64,000 nt of DNA from Eledone cirrhosa (taxonomy: Eukaryota), in NCBI GenBank assembly GCA_964016885.1, contig OZ024743.1:312294001-312358000 (forward strand), read 5' to 3'. Shown here one piece after another: positions 24,630-36,802 of this stretch; the first letter of the stretch is position 1, and each line of letters opens with the position of its first letter. Made by a program: the position numbers and the translations under genes. The notes beneath the pieces are model-generated. The model had not been told where the DNA came from, did not search any database, and saw only the letters and a list, made by a program, of their open reading frames with translations.

Positions 24630-27058
24630 CAGTAAGGTGGAGGGGTCAATTAAGGCCAAAAAGCAGGCTTGGAAAGTATGGCAGGATGGGGGAAGTAGAG
24701 AAGACTATCAAGTGGCCAGGAGGGAAGCTAGGAGACAAGTGTACTTCGCAAGAAGGGAAGCAGAGGAAAGAAAGTTCAAGTATGTTCTACAACGCGAGGA
24801 CCAAAAACGTGAGGTGTTCAGGATTGCTAGGCAATGTGTCAAGGAAAACCGTGATATTGTCGGGGAGAAGTGTGTACTTAATGATGATGGCATACTTGCC
24901 ATCACCGACGCTGATAAGAAGGTAGCTTGGAAGTGTCACTATGAAAGGCTACTAAATGAAGAGAATAAATGGGAGAAAGACAGTCTCCCCCACATCGACC
25001 CAATAGAGGGACCAGCAGTGTTAGTCGAGGGTAGTATAATAAGTAAGGCAATCAAGGATATGAAGACGGGTAAGGCAGCTGGGCCTTCGGAAATAGTTGC
25101 TGAGATGCTGAAGGCATCTGGCACGGTGGGACACACCATGGTCACCCGGATAGTTAACCAAGTCGTACAGAATGGGGTTGTTCCGAAGGACTGGCATAGC
25201 AGCATCATCGTTAACTGTTATAAGGGTAAAGGAGATGCCCTAGATAGGAGTAACTATAGAGGCATTAAATTAATCGACCAGGTCATGAAGGTCACGGAAA
25301 AAGTAATAGCGCAACTAATCAGAGAGAGAATTGACCTAGATGAAATGCAGTTGGCAAAAGTACCACAGACGCTCTTTTCATTGTACGTCCACTACAGGAG
25401 AAGTACCTAGCTAAAGGTAAACCCCTCTACTTAGCTTTTGTCGACTTGGAGAAAGCCTTCGACAGAGTCCCCCATTCCATTATCTGGTGGGCCCTTAGAA
25501 AACTAGGTGTCGACGAATGGCTTGTGAGAGCTATACAAGCCATGTATAAAGAAACAGTCAGCAAGGTTAGAATTAACAATGAATATAGTGAAGAGTTTAG
25601 CATAAAAGTTGGCGTCCATCAGGGCTCTGTTCTCAGCCCCCTACTATTTATTATTGCCCTTCAGGCTATAACAGAGGAGTTCAAGACCGGCTGCCCATGG
25701 GAACCCCTATACGCAGACGACCTGACACTCATAGCTGAATCAATGGCCGAGCTAGAGAAGAAATTCCAAACATGGAAGCACGGCCTAGAATCAAAAGGCC
25801 TTAAAATTAACCTGGCTAAGACTAAAGTTCTAGTTTGTAGGAAAGAAAATAAGGCGGCGGTCCCTTCCGGGAAATGGCCATGCTCAGTGTGTAGGAAAGG
25901 CGTAGGTAGAAACTCCATTTTATGTCCCAAATGCAAAGTATGGGTGCATAAAAGATGTAGTGGGATCACAGGTAAGCTAACTAAGAACATAGATTTTACA
26001 TGTGGGCGGTGCTCTGGTGCAATAAGTAGCAGCAAGTGCCCACAAAATACTAGCTCTTACAACTGCGCAGAGGGCTCTATAGAAATAGTGGACAGCTTCC
26101 GTTACCTGGGTGACAAAATCAGCAGTGGGGGAGGGTGCTCTGAAAGTACAGTAGCTAGAGTCAGAACTGGATGGAAAAAGTTCAGAGAGCTTATACCACT
26201 ATTAGCCGCTAAAGGGTTCTCCCTAAAAATGAAAGGCAGGTTGTATGATGCCTGCATACGAACAGCAATGTTGCATGGCAGTGAGACCTGGGCATTGTTT
26301 GCAGAGGATATACGCAGACTAGAGAGGAACGAAGCTTGCATGCTCCGCTGGATGTGTAATAGTAATATACGTGAACGGCAAAGCATAAACGAACTAAGGA
26401 AAAAATTAGAAATAAGAGGGATCAGATGTTGTTTACTCGAGAGAAGGCTACGTTGGTATGGACACGTGATGCGCATGAAGGATGATAGCTGTATAACAAA
26501 GTGCAGGGCAATAAAGATAGATGGTAGCCACGGAATAGGCAGACCTAGAAAAACCTGGGACGAGCCGATAAACTCCGACCTCACACACTTACACCTCTCC
26601 AAGACAATGTCACTGGACCGAGACCTTTGGCGGTACTCAGTAACAGAGAAGACGCGCCTTACCTAAATATATAGTAAAACCTACTCCAACCAGTAGGCAT
26701 CTCTAACAAAATACACCCCCGTCCCACCACCCCCACCCCATCCACACCACCCCATTCTATATAAAGTTATGTTGGTGCCACACCATCCAGGCCGAAACAA
26801 ATGAGATCGTGTAGGTGTCACGACAAAAAACACACAGTCCACGCTGTAATGTGGCCGTGTAGGCAACACAGTAAAAACCTCCCAGACCCACACTGTAAAT
26901 GTGGTTGGTGTTAGGAAGGGCATCCAACTGTAGAAAACCTGCCAGACAGTCCTATGCGAGCAAGACAATCACTCTTGCCTCAAGTGAGAATACCCCCGTC
27001 CAAACCCATGCAAGCGTGGAACACGGACGTTAAACGTTGATGATGATGATGATGATGA
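24630..27058 (+). mobile_element. RTE-clade LINE, 5'-truncated, RT with embedded PHD finger
   Basis: ORFs 24577 and 25446 are separated by a small frameshifting deletion at ~25350. Motifs EKAFDRVP, GVHQGSVLSP, YADD, C4HC3 PHD, FRYLG, GRPRKTW. 3' UTR ends GGACGTTAAACG-(TGA)n. The 5' end is in (TA)-rich sequence. Confidence 0.92.
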
Positions 27059-28089
27059 TAGGTGGTGAATTGTACATCACAGAATTCATTCTGACTCTCT
27101 GCTGTCTGAGTTCAAATTTCACCAAGGTCAACTTTGCCTTTCATCCATTTGAATGTTGATAAAAAAAAAGTACCAATTCAGAACTGGGGTCAATTCTTCA
27201 TTTATATCTCTTTCTCACTTTCTCTCTCTCAATCTCTCTATCCTTTTCTGGAAGAAATCTGCTGTATTCAGATCTGGACACGATTGGGCTCTGCTAGATT
27301 TTAGAATGCCCTAAAATCCCTGTATGTCATTATGGTGCCCTAGGACTATCCCAGGAGTTACGGGATTGTAATGTATATGTATATGTAAATGTAAATGTAT
27401 ATATATATATATAAATTACTGAACTGATAAAAGTAAGTATTACAGGATTGTAATAGAACTAACAGCAGACAGCAGGGGCTGGGGGAACTCATTAGGAGGA
27501 GTCAAAATAGAATGAAGGATTTTACAAGGAGATAGCATATCACCCATATTATTTGTCATTCCCCTTGTGCCACTATAATTGATAAAATTATAATCTGGAT
27601 ATAATTTAGCATAAGACTATTTACTATTTATGGATGTCCTGAAGGTATATAGCAAGAGTGAGAGTTATATAGCTAAGTGGTGGTACTTAGCCCAGTGAGA
27701 GTATTTAGCAAAGACATAAAAAGAAGTGGCATGACCCAAATCAGAACATGTACTTGAAAAGAACCATAATCATCATCATCATCAACGTTTTTACATCCGT
27801 TGTTCTACACTTGCATGGGTTGGACATGTTCTTTTCAGCACATCATCTCACCACTTGCCACATCCCTACATCATCTCTTCTGTGGTTCTCACTGAGTTGA
27901 GATTAGTTCTCACCACCTCTGCCCGGGTCTTCCTTTATCTATCTCTAAGGAAGACCATGTAAAAATATTATGGAATATGAAGATTCAAACAAATAAGCAT
28001 TTGAAGTATTCATATTCAGATATTTTTTATACTTAACACAGAGAAAAGACTGTGTTGGCTAATCAATGCTGCTTGTCCTTTTAATACTG

Positions 28090-29270
28090 AAGTGTGAGAG
28101 AGAAAAAATAGGAGAAAATAGAAAAGTACTCTGACCTGAAATACAAAATGCAGAGAATTTGTAATTACTGCAAAGTTGTTATTATCCCAATTGTAATAGG
28201 AGCCTCAGGGACAGTGGCTTGAAGTTTGAATGGTTGGTTGAAGATGTTGGATAAAGAGGTAAATTTCCTGATACTACAGAAGGCTAGTTTGCTTGGCACA
28301 AGAACTGCACGAAAAGTGCTAGATATACCTAAGGCAACTGGAGACAGCTTGATATTTAGCACTCCAAATATCAGCAGAGGAGTAAGGAAATGCTGAGCAA
28401 AGTGGGAAAAAAATGTAATAATGGTTTCATATTTAGGCCCAAAGCCAACGAATTTTGGGGAGGGGAAAGTCGATTAAATTGATCCCAATGTGTTACTGGT
28501 ACTTTATTTTACTGACCCCGTAAGGATGAAAAGCAAAGCTAACCGTGGTGAAATTCGAACTCAGAACGTAAAGGGCCATAACTCTATGCTGCAAAGCATG
28601 GTGTCCGATACTCTACCAATACTGCCAATCCACCGAATGACACTTCAAACCCCCAAAACTACTGGCCCATAACATTGCTTCCTACTACATACACATTTTT
28701 AACTGCAATAGTAAAGCAGAAACTGAAACACCCGAACTGAACACTAAAAGAGCTAGCAGGATTAGACAGAAGAACAAGAAAAATAATGACTGCATTTAGA
28801 ATACACCATGTGGCATCAGATGTAGAAAGATTATACCTACCACAAATACAAGGAGGAAGAGGCCTTATGTAACTAGGAAATTATAATAAAATAACTACTG
28901 TAGAACTACAAAAATATCTAATGAAGAACAAAGGAAAGTTAATACAAATAGCCATGAAACATGAGCAAAACAAAAAAATTGTTTTCTGTTTTCAAGGAAG
29001 CCAAGAAATTCAAAACAGAAACCAGATTGACAGATAACTGTGAGGAAAATGAACCCCCAAAAGAAACAAGAACAGAAATTGTGAAAAACAAAATCTAAAT
29101 TGAAAATAGATATGCAGAATACCATGCTAAAATGATGGCAAGAAAATTAAATAGGGTGGAAGTAGTCAAACAAAATTCACAAAACTGGCTACGAAGCTCT
29201 AAACAAAAAGCTGAGATGGAAGGATTTCTAATCACAAGCAAAATCAAAGCTTCCTCAACAGAAACCACTT
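28090..29270 (+). mobile_element. Two R4/Dong-like LINE fragments separated by a minus-strand Meta SINE (~28420-28632)
   Basis: KVVIIPIVIGASGTVA...LQKASLLGT (RLE C-terminus, ~28090-28340). ELAGLDRRTRKIMT..HHVASDVERLYLPQIQGGRGL and WLRSSKQKAEMEGFLI (~28660-29270). Confidence 0.7.
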
Positions 29271-31441
29271 TTGACGCCTAACTTCAGGTAGTGTCTTAGA
29301 GTGCTGTTGTGATATACAGCGTTTCTTGGCCATTTTGTTTGACCCTGGTGGGGCCCTTCCCCTCATTTCGTCTGAACACACTAGATTACTTCCAGAGAAG
29401 GATAAAGAGTGAGAGAGAGAGGAAGTAAGAAAGAAATATAGAGGAAGAATTGACCCCAGTACTAACTGGTACTTTTTTTTTTATCGACCTTGAATAGATG
29501 AAAGGCAAAGTTCACCTGAGCAGGATTTGAACTCAGGGAACATAGAGCTGAAACGAATACCACAAAGCATTCTATCCAACATTCTAACTGCCATGTATGT
29601 CTTTGTATTTTCTCCAATTCTTTTATGGAGGTGTTCTGGTCTGGATATATTTTTACTTGGTAATTTTAGAAAAAAATGAAAACCCATGGTATTGACATGT
29701 TTTCTGAATCAAGAGAGATTAATGCCATTAACGTTCTGTTTAAATTGTTGCAGGTTTCAACTCTTGAGAAAGTCTTGAGCAAGGAGGAGCTCCAGAGAGC
29801 AGACATGTGGCTTAATGGTTAGTGTAGGGCATGAGGGGTTGGACACAACATTGATAATGAGAGGAAAAGAGACGAGTAAGTCTATATTGTCTTAGTGGAG
29901 GTGGCATGAGCTTAGAAAGCTCCAAGCTGCAGACCATTTTAATAATTGTAAAAGATACAGAAAGGAGAGACACTATGTCTATGGACCAGAGTGTGAAAGT
30001 TATTTAAGATATTTAGTAAAAAATTAAATTTGTGTAACTTTATAATGTTTTTTTTTTTTGTGTAACTTTATAGTTGTTTTTTTTCTTCATTTCCTGAGGG
30101 CTGTAAAGCAAAATCCTTATTGAAAGGATTTCAACTAAAAGCAGATGGACATTGTGTTTTAACATAGCATAAATCATCCTCTTATCCCCAATATCTACTT
30201 TATTTACTCTCTCCATCACCAGCCAACAAACAAGTAAATAATAAAGGTTGTTACTGTTGTTGTTGTTCTTGTTATTATTATTATTATTCATAAATAATGA
30301 TCTTTGTGTCTTGATCTTTTCTCATTCCATTTTAATAAATCTTCTTCTTCTTCTTCTTCTTCTTCTTCTATTCATTATCATTAGTGTTTCCTCATATAGT
30401 TCCTCCTGTTCAATCAAGACCCTTTACATTATATCCATAACTCACAATAGAATGAGTGACATGCCATATTTTATTATTGCACCAATACATTTCAAATTGG
30501 TTTTCAACACGAAACACACAACAAGATAATCATACAATTGATTCAGTTGAATATGAAAAATGATAGTAATAACAATAAAGGATAGCGTTAATGAAAAATG
30601 ATTATTTTCGGAAGAGTTGATTCACTTATTTATAACTACGGATCAGCGTTTTTTCTTAACAGCATGTCTTGGAACAAAAACCTTTTCTAGATTATGGAAT
30701 CATTCTGTCTTTCTTTCTAATTACCTCTGTCTGTCTGTCAGTCAGTCAGTCTGTCTGTCTGTCTCTCTCTCTATCTCTCTCTCTCTCACTCTCACCTGCT
30801 CTCTCACCCCTCTCTCTCTCACTGACTCTCACACTCTCCCCTCTCTCCTTCTCTCATTGATTGTTATATTGTTATAAAATATTTAGTCATCTATTTTGGA
30901 TTTTTATTTTTCTAGAAATATCTACGGACATACAGAGATATTTACAAAGGAATAGAAGAGGTGGGGGGAAGACGTTAATCACTCACTGATAAGTTGGTCT
31001 AGTAGATAAGTCACACTTCCATATTACATGCAACATTTACAATGTACCATATATATTGAAGTGAGTTTTTATAGACCCTGTAGATAAGTCGCACCACCAT
31101 TTTACATACATATTTACGATGTACCATATATTTTGAATTGAGGATTTATAGGTCTAGTAGATAAACTGTATGCTTACTTACCATGTATTTTTGTGGAAAA
31201 CCTCATGAAATATACACAAGTATATAAGATAATCAATATTTCAAAAGATAGAATATATTTTCATGTAAAAATGTAAGTCCCCCATTATAAACTCCAGAAG
31301 AAATTATTTAAGTCATTTTTTAAATATTTTTTTTTGTTTTTACATTTATTGCCATTTTAACATTGTTTTATTTCTGTTTCAGTTGCAATTTCTTCCAGAA
31401 GATTCTTTACCAATAAACTGACAGTAATTTCAGATATAGAC

Positions 31442-33586
31442 ATGATTACAATTAAAAGAAACACACTTGTGTTTATATTGATATTAATACATCTAAAACT
31501 TTTTATGAACAACCACTGGGCTACAACGACCTCCTATCCAAAAAGACCAAATTTCTCCGTGAATATTACATCAACGATTATAAAGAATAATGAATCTAGG
31601 TGGAAAGAAATTAATAACTTCACCAGTTCTGAAACCTGTGTTAAAAAATGGTCTTGTTCCTTAAATGATAATGATGTTGAAGAAAGAGTTTGTTTCTGTG
31701 ACCAACTCTGTCATATTTTCTCGGACTGTTGTGAAGATGTTCTCTTTAAAAATAATATGACTGATGATAATAAAACAGAAGTAATGAAACCTTGGTCTAA
31801 GAATATCTTTGAATGTATTTCTGATCCAAGTAAACAGAGGAGTTATGTATATAGAATCATTGCTTGTCCAGACAATTACAATAATACAGTGGTGAGAAAC
31901 CTCTGTGAAGAACCAGGCACTGGAACAAACACAATCTTTGTCTCACCAGTTATTGGTAAAATCCTGGGAGGATATGTAATATTTACAAATGTCTACTGTG
32001 CCATTTGTCATAGTGTCAAAGATATTCTGTTTTGGGCCCCGTTGATTAAATGTAACTGGACATCCTACAACATAGAGAACCTAATGGAACCAGATATAAA
32101 AGATCTTGTGGGTTCAAAATTGACTGAAAAACTATACAGAAGTATGAACTGCCACGTGACATCATTCAGTTATTCGATCCAAACAAACTTAAGAGGCTGC
32201 CATGATTATGTAAGAAAGTGTCCTTTGTATGACTCAAGTGGTTTTCATTCTCTATGTCTTAATGACCCTTTGTATCCAGTTTGGGAAAATGACAAGAAAG
32301 TCTTCAAAAATATTTTCTGTGCCCTGTGCAACAATATAACAGTAAATAAGCTGTCATGTTTTAATATAAGTTTCTATTTTATTCACCAGTTAATTGGTGT
32401 TGGGATACCAGAGAAAGAAATATCTCAATGTGAAAATGGCAAAGTCTTTGATTTATATACTGGAATGTGTAGAGAAACACAAATTATTCTGAAAATAAAC
32501 TGTACTTTACTGAAACTCCAAGAGAATGAATATACTGATGTTAATAACTCCATTTATTTAAAAAATCTTGATAAATACATTAACAAATCACAGTTTCATA
32601 TACAACAAGATGGTGCTTTCATTTGCTTGAAACATTATTTTTCTTCCAGAAATGAATCTGAAGTAACATCAAAGATGGTTTCTAAAATGACCGAATCTGA
32701 GAAGTATCTTTCTATTATTGGTTTTGTATTCTCGATCCCAACTTTATTTATAGCATTTTTGGTGTATTGCTATTTTAGCTCACTACGAAATCTTCCAGGT
32801 AAAATGGCTATGAATTTAATGGCATCCCTATTTCTGGCTAATCTTGTATTCTTCCTTGCAAATATAATTAAAGAACTGCCTGGTCACTTTTTGTGTAGAA
32901 CATTTGCAATAATTGCTCATTACACCTATTTGGTTTCATTTTGTTGGATGAACATAATGGCTTTTGATTCTTGGCAAACATTTTCTAGAAAGAAAATTCT
33001 CTCAATTACCGATCGAAGTAATCGTTCTTTTAAGTTCTACATGGCTTATGCTTGGTTAACTCCTATAACAATTGTTGTTGGTGCTGGAATCACTCAATAC
33101 CTTCAGCCTGATTCTTCATTCTCCCCTGCTTATGGTAATTCAGTGTGTTGGTTCAACAACAGGCTTTCATTATTGGTTTTCTTTGGTTTGCCATTAATCC
33201 TCATATTAATAACAAATACTATACTCTTTACGTTTACATTCCGAGCCATCTATTTAACTAATAAATTCACAAAACGCTGTCTTTCAAAGAGTGATAAGAA
33301 CACATTTATCGTCTTCTTTAAGCTTTATTTCATTTTAGGAATCAACTGGTTAATTGCCATATTGTATGCTTATCTTCAAGCTGAACTTCTGCGCTATGTT
33401 TCAGTTCTTTTTACAGCATTCCAAGGATTCTTTGTTGGTTGTTCCTATCTATTTTCAAGAAAAGTATGCCGACAGTTTCAAAATAAAGTCAAATTCTTCT
33501 CAATGATAAATTCAAGCGATTCTTCATCATGCAAACAGACTACAATTTCTTACTTAGGAGCAATTAAATCTTCCAAAAGCTTTTAA
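31442..33586 (+). CDS. Class B (secretin-like) Methuselah/adhesion-type GPCR with Cys-rich ectodomain, uninterrupted CDS, 714 aa
   Basis: Hydrophobic N-terminus, somatomedin-B-like CFCDQLCHIFSDCCED, two F(T/K)N(V/I)(Y/F)CA(I/L)C repeats, many N-x-S/T sites. 7TM with class B motifs LRNLPGK, CRTFAIIAHYTYLVSFCWMNIMAFD, YGNSVCWF, FQGFF. Polypyrimidine tract + AG acceptor at 31381-31382 upstream of the ATG; candidate AATAAA at 33790. Confidence 0.92.
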   Translation: MITIKRNTLVFILILIHLKLFMNNHWATTTSYPKRPNFSVNITSTIIKNNESRWKEINNFTSSETCVKKWSCSLNDNDVEERVCFCDQLCHIFSDCCEDVLFKNNMTDDNKTEVMKPWSKNIFECISDPSKQRSYVYRIIACPDNYNNTVVRNLCEEPGTGTNTIFVSPVIGKILGGYVIFTNVYCAICHSVKDILFWAPLIKCNWTSYNIENLMEPDIKDLVGSKLTEKLYRSMNCHVTSFSYSIQTNLRGCHDYVRKCPLYDSSGFHSLCLNDPLYPVWENDKKVFKNIFCALCNNITVNKLSCFNISFYFIHQLIGVGIPEKEISQCENGKVFDLYTGMCRETQIILKINCTLLKLQENEYTDVNNSIYLKNLDKYINKSQFHIQQDGAFICLKHYFSSRNESEVTSKMVSKMTESEKYLSIIGFVFSIPTLFIAFLVYCYFSSLRNLPGKMAMNLMASLFLANLVFFLANIIKELPGHFLCRTFAIIAHYTYLVSFCWMNIMAFDSWQTFSRKKILSITDRSNRSFKFYMAYAWLTPITIVVGAGITQYLQPDSSFSPAYGNSVCWFNNRLSLLVFFGLPLILILITNTILFTFTFRAIYLTNKFTKRCLSKSDKNTFIVFFKLYFILGINWLIAILYAYLQAELLRYVSVLFTAFQGFFVGCSYLFSRKVCRQFQNKVKFFSMINSSDSSSCKQTTISYLGAIKSSKSF

Positions 33587-33934
33587 GTTCCAAAAACTGC
33601 AGTCTAAAATTCTATTAACCCATTTATAACTATATTTTGAATGAAAGAGACTATATATGGTTCACAAATAATTTTGAAAATGATCTATAATTTCAAAAGA
33701 TTTACAAAAATAACTAACTTTCTCATTATTAAACTGATTTTTGGAACATTACTTTACAAAGGTTCTTATATAAAATTTAGATTAATATAAATAAATTTGT
33801 GTCATAGAACCAGGAGCATTTTCAGACAGATGAATATCAAAAGGAATATATATATATGCCGACCTACATCACTACAGGATAGTTATACATGGTCACCGAC
33901 ATCATCCCAATGATTGCATAACTGCACCTATGAT

Positions 33935-33992
33935 TGCGTAAGCACCTGATGAAGGCATGAATAACCATATAACAGAAACATATATCATGCAA
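33935..33992 (+). ncRNA. Degenerate hammerhead-like motif
   Basis: CTGATGA(33946)-AGGCATG..CATATAACA-GAAA-CATATATC with weak stem II, in TA-flanked sequence. Confidence 0.3.
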
Positions 33993-34237
33993 TAAACAAT
34001 TATAGTGAATTAATCCCATCTTAACTACAATTATTTGAGATATATATATGTAATAAATATCTGTATACCACAACACAATCCAAATTATTATGTAATATAT
34101 ATATATATATATATTACATTCAAAGTTATGGATGTCATGATTGAGATAATCTCGAGTATGTGTCCTGTCTCCCAAAATCAGCTCATAGAAAAAAATTCAA
34201 AGAATAAATCCGAGCATTTAATCATTATAAAATAGTA

Positions 34238-34657
34238 AATGACATATATATATACATAAATATCCAATGATATAAATTTACATATCAAACTTTAACAAGA
34301 GACAATCTGTATAGAGTGTAAGAATACATAGTTTCATATTAAAATTTAACAAAAATTTAAAACACCTGATAAAAATTATATATATTTCCCTCATATCCTT
34401 CAAAAAACATGAATACATTTCACCAAATATCGGTGAAGTTAGGTAATCGATTTTGGATCGTTGAAATGTATTCATGTTTTGTGAAGAATACATATGAGGG
34501 AAATATATATGATTTTTATCAGGTATCTACATTTTAAACTTTTGTCAAATTTTAATATGATACTGTAACGAACTATGTATTCTTACATTCTATACAGATT
34601 ATCTCTTGTTAAAGTTTGATATGTACATTGGATATTTATGTGTATATATATGTCATT
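34238..34657. repeat. ~420-bp imperfect foldback
   Basis: Arms such as ACATATCAAACTTTAACAAGAGACAATCTGTATAGA / TCTATACAGATTATCTCTTGTTAAAGTTTGATATGT, centre ~34430-34450, with independent indels in each arm. Confidence 0.85.
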
Positions 34658-34668
34658 CACTATTTTAT

Positions 34669-34707
<39 letters not shown>

Positions 34708-34959
34708 AGAAAGTATAAGTAAGTAAGTCCATAGAATCATTTGATAAAATATATACAGTATTTCTCCTCCCAATCACCATAATCAACCACATAAAAAATC
34801 ATTTAAACGAGGCTTATATATATATAGTTATCTTCAACACATTTTTACTATAATATTCTAGCTCTGTAGTATGCATTTAGGCCAGTTCTAGACAGTATAA
34901 AAGACCAGCTGACCAATTGCTGCTACTACATACACGGATATCTTAGACAAAATGGTCAG

Positions 34960-35150
34960 ATGACCAATTCTCCTATAGTCACTCATCAATACGCTCCCTG
35001 TTCTTCCCACAGATCTGCTATCTCCTCACTATGCTTTTCCCATTGCTACTTCAATGACCTTTGTTCTTCAGAGAAGGCTAGCCTTATGCCAATTCCATCC
35101 AAGTACATCCAACTTATTCATCTTTCTTCTTCTCATCACCATATAGAATA
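34960..35150 (+). mobile_element. CR1/Jockey-group LINE 3' ORF fragment (related fragment at ~42750-42945, minus)
   Basis: HRSAISSLCFSHCYFNDLCSSEKASLMP here; THRCAVSSL...TQSFLPRMLALWNSLPAYIFP at 42752-42943. Confidence 0.5.
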
Positions 35151-35699
35151 ACTTTTACAAAGTTAGTGAGGGGTAGATTCCTAGTAAAGTAACATAAAAT
35201 AAGATCGTTTTACCATAAATTTCGCCCTTACCGCTGTTTCAACTGATAACACAACATTGGTCATTTTCACACGCAAAACAGACAATATGTATATATAATT
35301 CTCTGAATTTTATAGTTTTAGCTAACTCTCATTGAGAGTTTCTGTATACCAATGACAAATAACCTTCTGTATGAAATTTGCTACTCCTTAGTTGCCATTT
35401 TAAACTCGCCATAGTGTCCGTGATGTACACATATTTACTTGGTTGCTTGATCTACGCATGCGGATAAGCAATAGACTATTTTATTTACTAACAGGTCAAT
35501 ATTATATCATACTTTCAAAGAAGCTCTCTGAAGAAACTGAATTTCTTTGGTATTGCCTGTTTTATAAATAATGGGCAATGCTGACTTATCAGTTGAAATT
35601 GCAGTAAGAGTGAGATTAATGGTGAAATGATCTTATTTTAGGTTGTTTTACTAGGAATCTACCCACTGCTAACTTTGTAAAAGTTATTCTTTATGTATA

Positions 35700-35926
35700 T
35701 CTATATATTACTAAAAGTCTGTGATTGCTTGCTTGCTTGTCTGTGATGCAATAGAGCCAAAATCGGACCACGGGTTCCCGAGATATGGGTTTTTCTGGGT
35801 ACCTTCATAAACAAAGAGAGAGAAAGGTAGAGAGGAAGCGATAGTTGTGTGACAGAGTAGATTGAAAGAGAGATATAGAGAGAGGGAGAGGAGACGGAAG
35901 GCGAATGGAAGAGAGAGCTGGTGGTG

Positions 35927-35966
<40 letters not shown>

Positions 35967-36266
35967 GAGTGTGTGTGTATGTATATATGTGTGTGTATAT
36001 GTGTGTCAATGACCAGTGCATATAGATCACAGACACATATATATACACACACACATACATATATATATATATATGTATACACACACACACACATTTATAT
36101 ATATATACATACACACACGTATATATATATGGGCCTTCCAGATTCATTTCACATTATATACATATCTGTGTATATTTTAATTATTCAAAAATTATTTTTA
36201 AGTGAACATGATTTAAAAAAAATATATTTTGAAGGTAACGTGACCCAGCGGTCATGGGTGGGCTAG
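35700..36266 (+). mobile_element. Non-autonomous Helitron-like element
   Basis: A|TCTATATATTACTAAAAG 5' end, internal microsatellites, subterminal hairpin GTGACC-CAGC-GGTCAT, CTAG|T 3' end. Confidence 0.6.
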
Positions 36267-36282
36267 TATATATATATATATA

Positions 36283-36425
36283 TATTATTTAATATATAAA
36301 ATGGCTTCTACAGGACTAGAACTGTTTCATTCGAAGGAAATCATCAGGAAAAAGCTTTCCTGATGATTTTCTTCAAATGAAACAGTTCTAGTCCTGTAGA
36401 AGCTATTTCTATATTAAATATTAAA
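36283..36425. repeat. ~140-bp palindrome with head-to-head hammerhead-like cores
   Basis: Centre AAAGCTTT at ~36351-36358. Right arm CTGATGA(36360)-TTTTCTTCAAAT-GAAAC-AGTTCTA-GTC; the left arm is its reverse complement. Confidence 0.8.
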
Positions 36426-36486
36426 TATTGTATATATTCTACTGTATTGAGTACCTTACTTACTGTGGTTACCCCCGATTGAACCC

Positions 36487-36549
<63 letters not shown>

Positions 36550-36609
36550 TACATCATTGTATCAATTAAATTATTAGAGCATTAATTATCATCATTATCA
36601 TCATCATCA

Positions 36610-36802
36610 AGGGCGGTGAATTGGCAGTATCGGTAGAGGGTCGGACGCCATGTTTTGACGCATAGAGTTACGGCCCTTGCCATTCTGAGTTCAAATCCCG
36701 CCGAGGTTAACTTTGCCTTTCATCCTTATGGGGTCGATAAAATAAAGTACCAGAAATGCACTGGGTAATTGCTGGCCTTGTGCCAAAAAAGTAGAAACAA
36801 TT
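36610..36802 (+). mobile_element. Full-length Meta-domain SINE
   Basis: GGGCGGTGAATTGGCAGTATCGGTAG...GAGTTCAAATCCCGCC...Meta-like domain...GTAGAAACAATT. Confidence 0.88.

Noticed and set aside
30370-30420. Candidate next IQCA1 exon (minus strand QEELYEETL)
   Set aside because: No phase-2 acceptor giving R-TIES, and no continuing similarity.
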